Made by a program: the position numbers and the translations under genes | The notes under the pieces: generated by a model | Seen by the model: the letters and a program-made list of their open reading frames with translations, nothing else | What the model was told of the DNA's origin: nothing | Databases searched by the model: none | Shown here: one piece after another, positions 11,975 to 24,960 of the stretch | Numbering within the stretch: the stretch's first letter is position 1 | How the letters are laid out: every line of letters begins with the position of its first letter | Assembly (NCBI RefSeq): GCF_011386835.1 | Contig: NC_088797.1 | Coordinates: 70,866,001-70,930,000 of the forward strand | Source of the DNA: Chrysemys picta bellii | Lineage: Eukaryota | Length of the DNA: 64,000 nt | Reading direction: 5' to 3'

Positions 11975-12054
11975 CTCTAAAACATCAAATTTAGCTGTTT
12001 TGACCTTGGACCAGGTTTTCTTTAGCCGTGCGACAGGACTCAGGTTCATGCCGG
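11975..12054 (-). CDS. RASGEF1A: RASGEF1A coding exon 8 ((S)GMNLSPVARLKKTWSKVKTAKFDVLE)
   Basis: tttcAG acceptor, GAG|GTATAT donor, 80 nt; completes the split Ser codon T+CC. Confidence 0.95.
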
Positions 12055-12351
12055 CTGAAATGTAAGGGAGAGAAAGATGATTAAAACAAAGTTTGAGTGT
12101 ACTTCTTTTAAATGTCAGTGTTGCATTTTTACACTCTTGTGCATTTTATTCTCTGGAAGACACTTCACAGCTGAGACTTCCAGCTAACACCCATTGCATT
12201 AATCTGTCACGGGTGCATGATACCACAGCAGGGGGTATGCCTACAGATGGAGTCAGTGAAGCTGGAGACTATGTGACCATTATCATGTTGCTTAGGCTTT
12301 CAAGTGTGGTGGTCTTAACTACAAGTCAGCAGCTATGCCGGGGATACTCAC

Positions 12352-12454
12352 AGATAATGGCCATCATTGAGTTGAAGTTTCCGATGTTAAAGCACTCTCT
12401 TGCCACATCAATAAAAAATTCCACTATTCTCGTCCGCTGCTTTTTCTTCACAAC
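12352..12454 (-). CDS. RASGEF1A: RASGEF1A coding exon 7 (VVKKKQRTRIVEFFIDVARECFNIGNFNSMMAII + 1 nt)
   Basis: ttctttgtttcAG acceptor, T|GTGAGT donor, 103 nt; CDC25-domain FNS motif. Confidence 0.95.
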
Positions 12455-13536
12455 CTGAAACAAAGAACATGCCTTTGAGATGAAAAGGAAAGTATGTGTG
12501 TGAAGGGGAGCGGTGACTGGTGACTTTCAGAATGTGCTGTTGGAATTGGTGTCTCTATGGGCTGTCTCCACATGAGGGCTCTTATGAGGCAGCCTTAAGG
12601 GTATTCTGTCCAAATTCCTTCTTTTTTATTAAAAAATAAACCACTAGATTTGGGGCTCCTATCAAGTCCTTGCCCAGTTGAAGGGAAGTGCAGTTCTTTG
12701 TTCACATGTGAGCTAAAGGCTTAGGGAATAGCATATAAACAAGCCAGCCTCTATTAAGTAATTTCCTTGTACCAGGGGAGAGCGAGAGAGAGAGAGAATG
12801 TAGCTGCCATCAAAATGCCAAAGATGAACCAACAATTCAAACCTCAAAGAAAAGAATGCCAAACTTGTGTCCCAGAGGAGCTGTAGGTCTTAATTCCAGG
12901 GGGAAATGAAAAGGGAAGGGGAGAGAGTGTTTCTCAAGCCTTAGGTGTTTTTAATTTTCACTAAGGAGATTTTACCCAAACTTCTTAATGATACTCGAGG
13001 ATGATGACAGAATATAAATAATTTTCCTTTACTGCAAAGATGCTAATGGGTGAGGCTAGTTATCTGCGTTGCATGTTTGGTTTCCTTCCCCTCAGATGCA
13101 GTGCTGCATGCTGCTTGTGCTTTACCAATGGCTGGCATCCAAAGCCTATTAGTACTAAAATTACTCTCATCCCATTGGCTTAAATTCCTTCATTAAAACT
13201 CTCTCCTGCACTCTGACCCGCAGGGCTGGCCTGGCTAATACACATGTGGTCCTCTGTGTCCCTTCCATCATTCATCTTCAGCCGGCAACTATTTTTAAAC
13301 AGGATATGCTCTGTTATCTCACTGCTGTTTTGCTGATGTCTCATGACGAAAGAAAATGGTTCAATAGTCACAAGTTTGGCACAATCTTCAGCATGGAGAC
13401 TAAGAATGTTTTGGTTGCTTTAATAAATGTGTTGGCACTGCCTGACAATCCTGGAGGTTTTTTTGTAATTGAGTATCTATGGGAGCAATCTCTTTCTAGA
13501 GATTAGTAATAACCAATGAGATTTCAAGAGGCCACG

Positions 13537-13603
13537 ACTGGCATCTTTGTAGCCAGTCTCAGCAGAAGGTTATAGACTAGTGGGTGTGGAGACTGAACTG
13601 CCC
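13537..13603 (+). mobile_element. LF-SINE-like internal fragment
   Basis: actggcatctttgtagccagtctcagcagaagg...tggagactgaactgccc matches the recalled LF-SINE segment ttggcacccttgttggcagtctcagcagagagg...tggagactgaactaccc. Confidence 0.55.
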
Positions 13604-14440
13604 ACAGAGCAGATTTTTCATTTCAAAGAGCTGGTACAGACTTAGGGCCTGATCCTCAGCTGGTGTAAATCAGCAGTGTCCCACAGACTTCACTGGAGCT
13701 ATGCTCACTTAACTTGCAGGGTTATCGGCTCTGCTTCCTTGAAATGTTTATTTCAAAGTGGCAACGTGCTCCCGGAGCACCAGATGTGGTGATCAAGTGA
13801 AAGGAGAGCTCTCGCACATGGCACAATGGGAATATATATACAAAAAGAGATTGACTTGGGCAGTACAATATTTGTGCATTTTCCCATTATAGAAGATACA
13901 TTTAGCTTACATGGATTCTCTGTCTCTTCACTTCCCACCCCCCCGACTGAGTTTCTTCTCCTTAATCCTGTGTGTACAACAGCAGAAGGTATTCCATGGC
14001 ATCCAATGATGTCCCAAAATAAGCAGAATGAGTTAATTGCATAATGCTATGGAAGGACAGAGTGAATTTGCAAAGCACCAAAACATTTGTTTTACTACTG
14101 GTAGCTTTGGTAATAGCCAAGCATGCTATGAAAACACCAAAAAGCTATGTTAAATCAAACTTTATGGAAGTTCCCCTTCAGTGGGTGTAACTAGCATAAA
14201 TATGGAAGCTATGTAAAAATATAAACCACAAGGCTTTGAACCTATAAAACACTGAAACAGGTACATAACTTCATGCATGAGTTGTTCTATTGACTTAAGT
14301 GGGACTACTCAGGTGCACAAGGAGGTGAATTTACTTAAATTCCTGCAGGATCAGGGTCCCTATGCATAACATCACAATGGTGTGATCTGTCTTTAAAGGC
14401 AGGGTTCTTTGATAGAAAGAAGATCCCCCCCAGTAGTTAC

Positions 14441-14533
14441 CCTACAAATCTCTGTAGCCACCAGCATGCTGAGGCAGTTGAACCAGTTGTCATAGGCCTC
14501 CAAGGTGTAGGTTTTGGTAACATCGCCTCGGCA
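14441..14533 (-). CDS. RASGEF1A: RASGEF1A coding exon 6 (CRGDVTKTYTLEAYDNWFNCLSMLVATEICR)
   Basis: ctcttctctttcAG acceptor, AGG|GTAACT donor, 93 nt; inside ORF 14393..14608. Confidence 0.95.
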
Positions 14534-15900
14534 CTGAAAGAGAAGAGGCCATATATTAATTCCCACTAAACCCAGATAAAGATTAGTGTAAATGTATCCT
14601 GTCATCACATGTTAACTATAAACAGGTATCCGGTAATGACGTAACCTCACTAACCAGCTCTGGATTATGAGCACAAAAAAGGGTGCAGATATTCCTACTC
14701 AGTTTTTTTTTTCTGTTCAGGGGAGTTGTGAGAGAGAAGAGGACAAGGGTTTATAGATTGTTCAAATGTGTTCAAATTTTCCTGCCCTTTACCCATCTTC
14801 CTCTAAAGAAATGTGTATGTGTGTGTGTTCGTTCTCTCTCTCTCTCTCATTTAACATATTACCTTATTATCTGAAGAAAGTTAAGAAAAAAAAGTTGCCT
14901 GGGAAATTAGTGTCAATTTTTTAAGGATGCCCTACTAGATTATTAGAAATGATGCTTCAATTAAAATTTACTTTTTTTGATTATTTCTACTTAATCTGTA
15001 GAGAGCAGCTATAATGTTAATATCTCAGCAGATTTCCCTAGTTCCTATTCTTACAACAGATTTGCCATTGAGGGCCAAGGGGGAAATGAAGGGGCAATTG
15101 CCATCTCCAGCATCTTGCCTTCCAAACTTCTGAACATCCCAATGTTAAGCACCATAAAATATGAGGCGGAGCGGTTTCTTTGTTTTTCTTTCACTCTTTA
15201 GCTGTAGCTCCTCCGGCAAAGGGCAAAAAGTAACAAACCCACAGTTAGAAACAGCAAAACCAATGCTGGACACTTAGCAGGAGGTGTCCTTTTGGACTGT
15301 GACATTTTACTGGTTAAGAGAAGATCTGTTTGTGTTCCACCCTCTGAACTATAATTCAGGTGCAATGGGACAAACCTGGTAGGCTCTCATCTCTGCTGGG
15401 TGGATGCCATTCTCAAAAGAGTGAATAACTCTGTATTCCCTGTTTAATATTTAAAAATAGTTATTCTTTCTTTCCCTACAAGTCTGTATGTGTTAGCATG
15501 TGTTTGGATGGCTGACTCAAGTTAACATTAGAGAGCACACTAATTTACATCAGGGAACTAGCAATGTTTAATCAACAGCGTCAGGATTTAACTAGCCCAG
15601 AGTTTCAAGAAGCATGAGGGAGCAGCCAGGTCAGAGAGTCTGAATGGTTTTCTGAACTGCTATAGCAGCAGGAGTAACTCAGCTTTTCTTTGGTCTTACC
15701 AAAGAAAAAGACTATTGTGATGATTGTCCCTGAGTATGGTGGAAACAGAAACCCAGATAGTTTCAATACTGCTAAACCAGATTGACTAATTCTGTGGCAG
15801 TTCAGCTACCACAGAATTCTGCTACCTCCTAGGCTTTCATGAATCTGGCATACAGACATTTGAACTGCTGAAGCTCCTTACTCCTTACCCACACACGCAC

Positions 15901-15975
15901 CTTGTGATTATCCAGGGAATCCATGTGACTGACAATCTGCATCAGATCCTCTGCGTAAATGTTGCTCACCCTCTC
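15901..15975 (-). CDS. RASGEF1A: RASGEF1A coding exon 5 (ERVSNIYAEDLMQIVSHMDSLDNHK)
   Basis: ctccccccaatgcAG acceptor, AAG|GTGCGT donor, 75 nt, phase 0-0. Confidence 0.94.
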
Positions 15976-16619
15976 CTGCATTGGGGGGAGTAGGAATTGT
16001 CAATGTACAAAGACCAACATAAACAGGATTCCAGCTGAAAGGTATGCCAATGGGGCCTAAGACATTATCAGAGTGGCCTTCATACCTCTCTCTCCTACAA
16101 GCTTTGCTCTAATTATCCTGATTGACTTTAGGCACCAACAATGAGTTAACTTGCTCTAGTTCTGTTCTTCTGAGACCCCAATATTCCGAGTGTGACCTTC
16201 TCTCGCTCTCTAATACCAGTAGGGAACTAGGAAAGAAGCCTCTACCCTGGCACCAGCTCTTGCTCTCCCTCCATTCTTTGTCAGTGGATTGAAAGGAGAG
16301 GCCAAACACTCTAAGGTACCACATGGTTGCCTTCATAGTAGCTTGACTATAAAGCTGGCCCTGGCTTTTAGAGACCTAATGTTTGGGAGTGTCTTTCTCC
16401 TCACCCCTGAAAGCACTGTACCCTCTTTCTTCCCTCACAGATTTACCCGGTTGCTTTCACACATTCATCACTTCCCATCTGTTAGATTGGAGCACTTTAA
16501 TTACACTGAAAGCCTGATCTTACATTCACTGAAGTCAATGGCAAACTCCTGGCCGTGAATATGTTAACATGCAGTAAATAGAAAATGAAAGGACTAAAAT
16601 GTGGAAATCCAAATCTCAC

Positions 16620-16841
16620 CAGCTCAATATGAGTTAGCTGCTGCGCCAAGATCAGTGGGTCACAACATATGCTCAGTATGTCCTTCTGGGTCGACTGTGG
16701 CTTGTTTTTAAGGATGGTTCCTTTATCAGTAACAGGTTGCCTGAATTTCTCTTTTATCTCCTGGTACTGACTCCTTGCAGAGAGGGTCATCAGTAGATTC
16801 TGTGTCATCTGGCTGATGATCTTCTTCACGGTTCCATTTTC
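16620..16841 (-). CDS. RASGEF1A: RASGEF1A coding exon 4 (ENGTVKKIISQMTQ...CCDPLILAQQLTHIEL)
   Basis: tgcgcttAG acceptor, CTG|GTGAGA donor, 222 nt; overlaps ORF 16497..16829. Confidence 0.95.
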
Positions 16842-19800
16842 CTAAGCGCAAGATGACATTGATAAGTAAGAACCTTTACTTTGTACCGCGAGTACAAATA
16901 TGGGATTTGTATCAGGAAGGAATTTGACAGATTAATAAGGCTGCTTAGCATCTGGTATTTTCTATCCTATCATCAGAGCTGATTTTCATGTGGCAAATGA
17001 GCCCATCTCAGGGTACTCTAAATATCTATGTAGCTTTGCAAATTAACAGTCTCACACCCTCCTCCCCAACTTTGCTTTCAATAGCTTAGCAGCAATTGCA
17101 GTATCTCTTCTTGGCTCAGAACCCATTTCAAAAGCAACTGGGTCAGTCCTTTGGAAGCAGGTGTACTGAAAGGCTGTGGGTCTTCTGCCTTTGCAAGGCT
17201 TCTTGTCTCTTTCTGTGTAGGAAGTGGCAAAATACTTGCTCCTTAGTTGTGCTATCAATAGTCTGGCTGGCCTGAACAGAGTCATGGGAATTCCCATCCT
17301 AGATCACACTAATGAAATGTTCTAGCTCAGCATCCTGCCTGCAGCAGTGGTTGGCTGTGCACCCTGCAATTCAGAGAAGGCCCAAAATCTCCACAGTGCA
17401 CTTGGCCAACAAAGGTGCCCTACTCTTCGGTTTTCCAGAATAGATGTGAGAAAAAAGACCTGAAGGAAGAGCATAGGCCCGAGCTATTGCACTGACTATA
17501 TTTCTACCGATTACTCCATTAATATACATTCACTTTCCATATTGCATTTCATTACTAATTGGCAATCTGTGCAAGTTGAATTATTTCTGCTGTGGCTTGG
17601 TTGCACATCTCCAGCTTCTAGTGAACATTTGGAGCTGGGGATGCATGACCATGATGGTCCTTTATGAATCCAGCAGTTGTGCACCTTGCCTCAAAGTACC
17701 TGCGCCCCACTTGCTCTCATGTAGACTTCCTCATGACATCTCCCTGAGAAAAACAATTTGATTCCTTCCCAACTGCTTGATCCCGCTGTACCCCTTTAAA
17801 TACCCTAACTGCCAAACCACAGTCTTCCTAACAAGTGCTCCGACTCTCTCTCTTTCAGTTGCCAAATCAATTACTCAGCTTTCCTGTGCCTTCCTCTTTC
17901 CCTATGATATCACTCTCCTGGGTTTCCATGCACCAATTCCTTTGAAGTAAGGTGGTGTTTTAAGAATTAATGTTGTTGCTGTCATGTTCTCTGCATCCAG
18001 AGTCAACTGGATGCACTGAAGTGGGGTGGAATGGGTCTGTGACTATTCAAGGAAGCTACCAATGTGCAGTGATGACTGAAAACTATGTAGCAGATGCAAG
18101 AGACGATGGCTATCAAAAAGTTGTCTGTAGTATGCTATAATTAAGCAATAATAGTGTCATAACGTTGCTTTACAAGGCAATAATCTGGCTCCAAAGTGGA
18201 ATCAAATAAGAAGCTGAAGGCAGCGTAGTTTATCTTGATGAGGCAACAGGATTATTGCTCAGCAGCAGCTGGCTGGAGCTATTATTGCTATTATGCTACG
18301 AAAGCCTAAAACACAAGTTTGCAGGAGTTTCTTTAAGAGTTCCGATTCTACTTGGAGTTACACTGGGTTTTACACCATAAATCCATTGATTTCAATAGTG
18401 ACCGCTGATTTACACCTACACAGATGAGGGGAGAATGGCCCCCTAGCAATGGATTATGTATTTTGCAAGATAAAGGAAGAAAGTTTAAATGTAGGAGAAG
18501 GTGAGGGTGGTGGGTTGTTTAGATGTTTGTGTGACTATGGAGAAAGCAATTGGAATGAGATAACACTTATGAGTTGCCTACAGTCCACATGGCTCTTGGG
18601 AATTTATAAATCTGAGTCTAAGAACATAGAGTCTAAATATTTGCTCATTCAGCCACAAAAATCTGTTATGCTGTCCTCGAGTCTCCAAATCAACATCAGC
18701 ATGACTTCCTTACATCTATTTCTATTCACTCCTAATATCTTATACATCCAGAAAAGCAGGGAAGCTGAAAAAGGTGAAAAATTAAAAACCAAACCAAACC
18801 CCAATAACTTTGTTTTAGACACTGCTCGGTAATTTATTCAAACATAAAAGAACAGGAGACAAACAGTGAGGCTGGGAGCCATTTGCTAGTGTCAAATTAC
18901 ATTTCTAGGGGTCAGACACAGCCTAACCCTTCACAGACAGAGAACTTGACATGTAGCCTTGTTAAAAGGATAAATGCTACGATACCATAATAAACGACAT
19001 CACATGAAACCTCAGCAACCAGTGCACTGAGCGATTCCATAAAGCCAGTGATTTTTCTCCCAACTGGCAATTTATTCTTGTATATAAAGCTAGAGCATTT
19101 CCTCTTGTTCCCAATAATAGAGATCTGAAATGCTCCTATCACAATGGCTAAAAGTCTGAACTTGCTATATCAAAGTGGAAAACGTTTAAAAATGAATCAC
19201 CTTTTTATAGCAGGATCCCTGCCAACTACTTTTTTTCCTGTTTATAAAGACAACAGAAGGGCTATTGTAATCCTACCTCTTTTTCACCTATTAGGACACT
19301 GACATTTTCTTAGTAGCATGCAGGTAAACAATACTGCTGACTCAATGAACTAGCGTACTTCCTTTTGACAACAGCTGTAGCAGCTAATTGTATAATGACT
19401 TATTGCTGCCTCCTACAATGCTGTTACACCTGTTGCTCTTCATCCTTCTCTTAAGAGAAACAAAGCATATACCTAATCCTGTTGTCATAAAAAGCTAGGG
19501 AGGCTAGTCTTTAAATGGATCCAAAGCATTAGAAAAACATGTTTTCACTTTAATTCTTATGATCTATTCATGTTACTTTTTTTAAAAAAAACCTTCAATT
19601 TCTTCAATATAGTTGTCCCCTCATACTTCCCCCTGCCCCGTCCCTCTTTCTGACTCCAGTTTTGTAGTGACTTCCTTTGTCATGCGAGCTTCCTAACTAA
19701 CTGTTTCACAATAGGATTCTCCATTGCTAGTTTTAGCCACTCTGGATCTACCGAATTGGCAGGTTACTTTGGAGGAAGTTTTCTCCTGTCTTGCTAGACA

Positions 19801-20331
19801 TGAAAGCTCACAACAGTTCAGATTTGTAGTTAGACCAGCGTTGAATAGGTAGACGCCAGCTTAAAGATCTTTCTTTGTGTTAGTATTATTATATTCTTGT
19901 TACAGCTGTCATCATAGTTCTCATTGGGGATTGGTTCCGAGGCATCGAGGACTAAAGCAAATGCTTTTATAGCTAGCATTAAAGATTCTTTTGAAAGTTA
20001 CAGTCCATGTGGATCAGGCACTGAATTGGATGCATAAAGTACACTATACTGTGTGTTGGAATTGTATTCTACCTTACAATCCGCCTTCTTTCTTCCTCCT
20101 CTCACCTCCTATACCATCAGCAGGTGCTGTGTCATCTCCCCCTGGGACCCTGCGATGCACACCCAGTTTTTCCTAAGTTCACCTCCTAACCTATATCCAA
20201 TGGTTGCTCTGACAGCTCAGCAGTTGTTGTTCTAACCTGGTTAGGAGGTGCACAGCAATGGTGGGGAGAAAATACTAAGATAACTATATGTGGAAGAGAA
20301 ACCTAGGAATACAGTTTATTTCCCCCCTTAC

Positions 20332-20469
20332 CTCATCGCATTGTGTGATCCTGTGAGCAATCTCCTTCAGCTCTTTCATGGATTTCTCATCCTGGAAGTC
20401 ATAGGGAAATGTTTCTGTCCATTCTTTCAGGAGCTGAATGATCTTGGTAGCAAAGGATTTTAGCTTTGC
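20332..20469 (-). CDS. RASGEF1A: RASGEF1A coding exon 3 (AKLKSFATKIIQLLKEWTETFPYDFQDEKSMKELKEIAHRITQCDE)
   Basis: ctcctctctAG acceptor, GAG|GTAAGG donor, 138 nt, phase 0-0. Confidence 0.95.
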
Positions 20470-23400
20470 CTAGAGAGGAGTAGAGATGGGTTGATTACTG
20501 ACCCATGGACCTCTTATTGCTGTGAAGGTGAGTGAATGCTTGATGAAGGAAAGTGCACACCCTGAGCCACAATCAAAAATAATTCAATCAGTAGCAGGTG
20601 TGTGCATTTACTAAAATATGTATTCAGTTGTGTTGATGAAATTACACAGAGAGCTCCTCAGCTGATGTAAATTAGCCCAGTGCCATTGAAACTGGCTAGC
20701 TTTTATTTCTAAACCAAAAGCTTTGAAGATATTTTAAGGCTAGTCATAAATAGCTAGGGAGATGATGGTATTGTACAAAAAGTGTTTTGTTCAACTGAAG
20801 TCAATGTTATGTGGCTGACTTACACCAACTGAGGACTAGAGCAATACCTTAATTTCTTAATTGAAATGTACACAGTTGCAGTATCATAACCAAGCATCTT
20901 TCCAGTGAAGCGCTCAGAAAGAATGTTTTCCTTCTGTAGAATTTTTTTAATCAGGACCCCCAGATTGTGCTTTGTTTGAAATAAGCAATCAAATAAATAA
21001 ATGCTACAAAAGAGGTTGTATGTACTTTGCATTACATCTAAATCAAAAGGGACTTTGACAATAAAATGTTGACTCTTGCTCCAAAAGCCCTCAGAGAAAG
21101 GAGTTAGCTCTTCACCTCTGTCACCTGACAAGTGAATTCTCTAGTGTCGTGCACTGAGGCTGTTCCATCACGTGGCTCTGATTTGGATTCTAATTAATCC
21201 AGCTTTGGTGGTGAAAGACGACTGTACTGGTAAATTCAAAGCGATGTGGTTATAAGGGGTTTGGAGAGAGTTTTAATAAACACTCCCCCCCACCCCCGCC
21301 CCAGTCAATGATCACTCTGCAATTTGACCAAGCTGAGTTAATTGGGAAGATGACTTTTTATATGGGCAGTTGTGTACTATCCATCAAACAGAACAAACTG
21401 AGGGTCGTGCTTCAGCAGAACCTCAGTAGAGTGTGCACATGTTCTTGCTGATTCTGCACAGGATACAGCATCTTGAACAGCACTCTTGGCAAGCAACTGC
21501 CTCATTGCACAGGACACGGCAAATCCCATTTAACAAACCAGGCAGCATTATGGGCTATGGTCAAGACGCACACAACTAGGAAGACAGCAAGTATGGAGTG
21601 AATTACTGAGGGTCCGCTTGGTAGTCATAAGACTGGGAAATGATTTTGTTCACTATTTCCTAGGAGGGTCAAATTCTGCCAGCATATATCCTGTACACCC
21701 CCCTCCCAAATCAGCATAAATCAGTGTGGGCACATGGCGTAAATCAGGGTGGAATTTGACTTTTGACTGTGAGAAGGAAGACTTTCTAATTTTAGTCTTG
21801 TTTATATTTAACTTTGGTTAAGAGACTCATTTGGTTCTAAAAGAAGCTTAATTCTAAGAAAATAAAGAGGAAGTTTTCTCTTTTGTTTACCATCCCAGCT
21901 GAGTCACTGAAAAAGTTCCACTATGCAAAGTGCAGTTCCTCCTCAGCACTGGTTAGGGTACTTCCCTCTGTGATTTCCCCCTCCCACCTCTTGGAATTTA
22001 CAGCAAGTCAGCTAGCAGGTTCAAGTGTCAGTAGAAGAAACAAATGGGTTGAAAACAGGATGTTTTGTGAGAACCTGACTGGAATTCCTGCTCTCCCCCT
22101 CCCCCGCCCAACAGCATGCTCAGTGAGATGAGCAAAATCCCCTCTCTGAGACACTTTTGTTAAATAAGCCTCTTGTTTTTATGACTTCTAACAGTTCACT
22201 CAAGTGTAACCAGTGGGAGAATTAACAATGGCTGCTCTGAATTTAAAATAAAACCACGCAGAGTTTGGACCCTTCAGAAGTGAGCCACTAAAAGGATTGT
22301 ACAAGGTGGGGAAGTGCAGTGGCTTATACAGAAATGTTAACTGTGTGCTGTTTCTAGTTGCATTTTAATCCCATTGGAATTCTGTTGGTCTTGCTGGGGA
22401 GAGATGGATGGAATCCCATCTAAAACTCACCCTTGTGCTCTAAACAGCATCTGGAGGAAGTTCTCTGAATGCAAACCTCTTTTTGAGAAATGGGTAGCAA
22501 CTCCAGTTTTCCTCCCCGCCCCACCAAATTTGGTGTCCAGCCCTTACTGAAACCTTTACCTTCTCTCCCTAAATACTCCAGCTGCCAGAATGCATGATTG
22601 ACATCCCAGCTCTGTCACTGAATGACACATGTATTATCCCTACATAAACCCAAATGTTTAGGTGTGTGGGAAGGGGGAGGTGCTTTACAAATGACTGGAT
22701 TAAATCCTGTCCATGTTTTTTTTTTTTTTTTTTTGTACAAACGGTGGCTTACAGTCCTGGCAGTGGAAAGTCTACTAGGAGAGGAGATAGCAAAACGGCA
22801 GATGTGCTCTTTGCTGGAGGTGGGCAGCTAAAAAAGTGGGTGTGTAATTGAGTACTTGAGGTGGCACTGATTCAGCGCATCCTTACTACAACCTTTGCCA
22901 GCATAGTTCCTGTGGATCCCCTGCTGTAAATTCAAGCTCCTCCCACACCCACTCAGTAAAATAATGAGGCAGGGCAGCAGCAGGATTACTGCCTAACCTT
23001 CAATTTCAATCACCTTTTGCCTCTGGGGTATGCAATTTTATATCTCCCTGTGCAGCATGAATTAATGCGGTCCACTGTTAAAGTGTTGAGTGGTGTAACT
23101 CAGTGTAGCGAGCTGGTGGGGCAGATCCTCAACTGGTGTAAATAGGCACAGCTCCACTATCTGTTTTTTCCACCAGGCTTATTTTAATGATGATGATCTT
23201 GACTGTACCTTTTTGATTTTGAATTTGGGGACCATTCAAATTCATCCTCACAGCTATAATGGTCTGCTGCATATTAGCATAGATTTAGAATAATGTATTT
23301 ATTTTGGGGTGTATGTTTGTTCACTATGCATGCACCCCCACACACAGGCTGTCAGAATTTGTTTTCCTCACTGTTCAAAGCTAGGAATCTAATGCAAGAC

Positions 23401-23852
23401 AAGCTACATTACCCAGCAAGAATACAAGTGTGACAAAGCTTATCAGTTGCTTTCACTGCCTGATGAAAACAAGATGTTCTTTCTGAATGCAACACTGAAA
23501 ATCATCAGCCCAGAAAAATGCTAGATTCCTGTATCATGTGCATGCTGATAAAACTCAGTGCTGTGTGATGGGTTTGTGATGATGCACACATCTGTGATGA
23601 TAGATAAAAATCAGAAAATTTGGGCTAGTAATTCCGTGGGGGACAGCAACTGGCATGCATGTTTGTTATGCATACAAGAAATGTACCTGCCTACTCTTTT
23701 GATAGCTTTACTTCCCTATTCCTGTCCCTTTACATCCCTGTTCAAGAGAGACAATAAGATTTGCAGTATTTTTAATATCCGTAGTAGAAGTCGTATTATG
23801 GTAATGCTCTGCAACCCCATTGAGACCGGGACCCTATTGTGCTAAGCATTGT

Positions 23853-23941
23853 GGGCCAGATTTTAAAAAGGTATTTAGATGCCTAACGCCAACTGATATC
23901 AATGAGAGCTAGACACCTAAATATCTTTGAAAATCTGACCC
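23853..23941. mobile_element. Short hairpin-type non-autonomous DNA element
   Basis: gggccagattttaaaaaggtatttagatgcctaa ... ctagacacctaaatatctttgaaaatctgaccc inverted arms. Confidence 0.6.
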
Positions 23942-24382
23942 TGCACATGCACCTTGGGGGAGAGATCCCTGCAATATGTATAATTTCTCCTGGCTGTCTC
24001 TGAAAAGTTCTTATTCCATCACATTCTGTTGGAGCATATAATGGTAGCAACATTTTTTCTCACCAGATGTCCTCATTTCTCTCTTTTGAGTGTTAACTAA
24101 TGCACGGCTCATGGTTGTTAAACATAACACTCCAAACGTAGCACTGCCAACAGCCCAACTCCTGACCCTCGGTGTCCTGTACCACACAACAGGGGATGAG
24201 CGACATTCCCTCTCCTTGTCACTCGGCTAGAGTAGCAGGGGTGCTAGTGATCAGCACAGTTCAACTGGCAGAGCTCGTGTTGCTTCTATACTATACCTGG
24301 CTCACAGTTCAGCACTGTTATCCATCCTGGGTTTAAGTATTAAATTCACAATCTTCTTTAAGAAGAATGCAAATGTCTCTAA

Positions 24383-24680
24383 GGGTATGTCTGCATTACC
24401 CGCCGGATCGATGGGCAGCGATCAATCCAGCGGGTATCGATTTATCGTGTCTAGTCTAGACATGATAAATTGACCCTCGAGTGCTCTCCCGTCGACTCTT
24501 GTACTCCAGCTTAGCAAGAGGCGCAGGCGGAGTCGACAGGGGAGCAGCAGCAGTCGACTCACCACGGTGAAGACACCACGGTAAGTCGATCTAAGTAAGT
24601 GGACTTCAGCTACGTGAATAATGTAGCTGAAGTTGCGTAACTTAGATTGATTCCCCCATTCCCCCAGTTTAGATCAGGGC
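24383..24680 (-). mobile_element. PIF/Harbinger-type MITE copy D (more decayed; same orientation as copy B)
   Basis: TAA/TAA flanks; gggtatgtctgcatta start; shared ttcagctacg / tgtagctgaa hairpin and gtcgac motifs. Confidence 0.8.
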
Positions 24681-24794
24681 TAAGGGCCCCTTCTCAGCTG
24701 GTGAACTAACTTCCAGGAGAACTGCACAGATTTACACTAGATGAGGAATTGGGCCATAATATCAATCAAATGAGTGAAATATTTTAGAGAGAGA

Positions 24795-24960
24795 ATATAT
24801 TTTAGTGGATCAACTTCCATTGATGAAAGAGACAGGCTTAGAGCTCAGTGTAGCTCGAAAGCTTGTCTCTCACACCAACGGAAGTTGGGCCAATAAAAGA
24901 TATTACCTCACCCACCTTGTCTCTCCAATATCCTAGGATCAACATGGCTACAACACTGAA
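24795..24960. mobile_element. Collapsed palindromic Penelope-like remnant
   Basis: gagctcagtgtagctcgaaagcttgtctc (stem II-GAAA-GCTT of a hammerhead, core missing), then ccaacggaagttgggccaataaaagatattacc, preceded by a partial inverted copy (tggatcaacttccattgatgaaagagacaggct). Confidence 0.6.

Noticed and set aside
6808-24680. Recurrent palindromes with spacers, superficially CRISPR-like or structured-RNA-like
   Set aside because: Eukaryotic intron; the units have TIRs and TWA target duplications and are not regularly interspaced, so they are MITEs.
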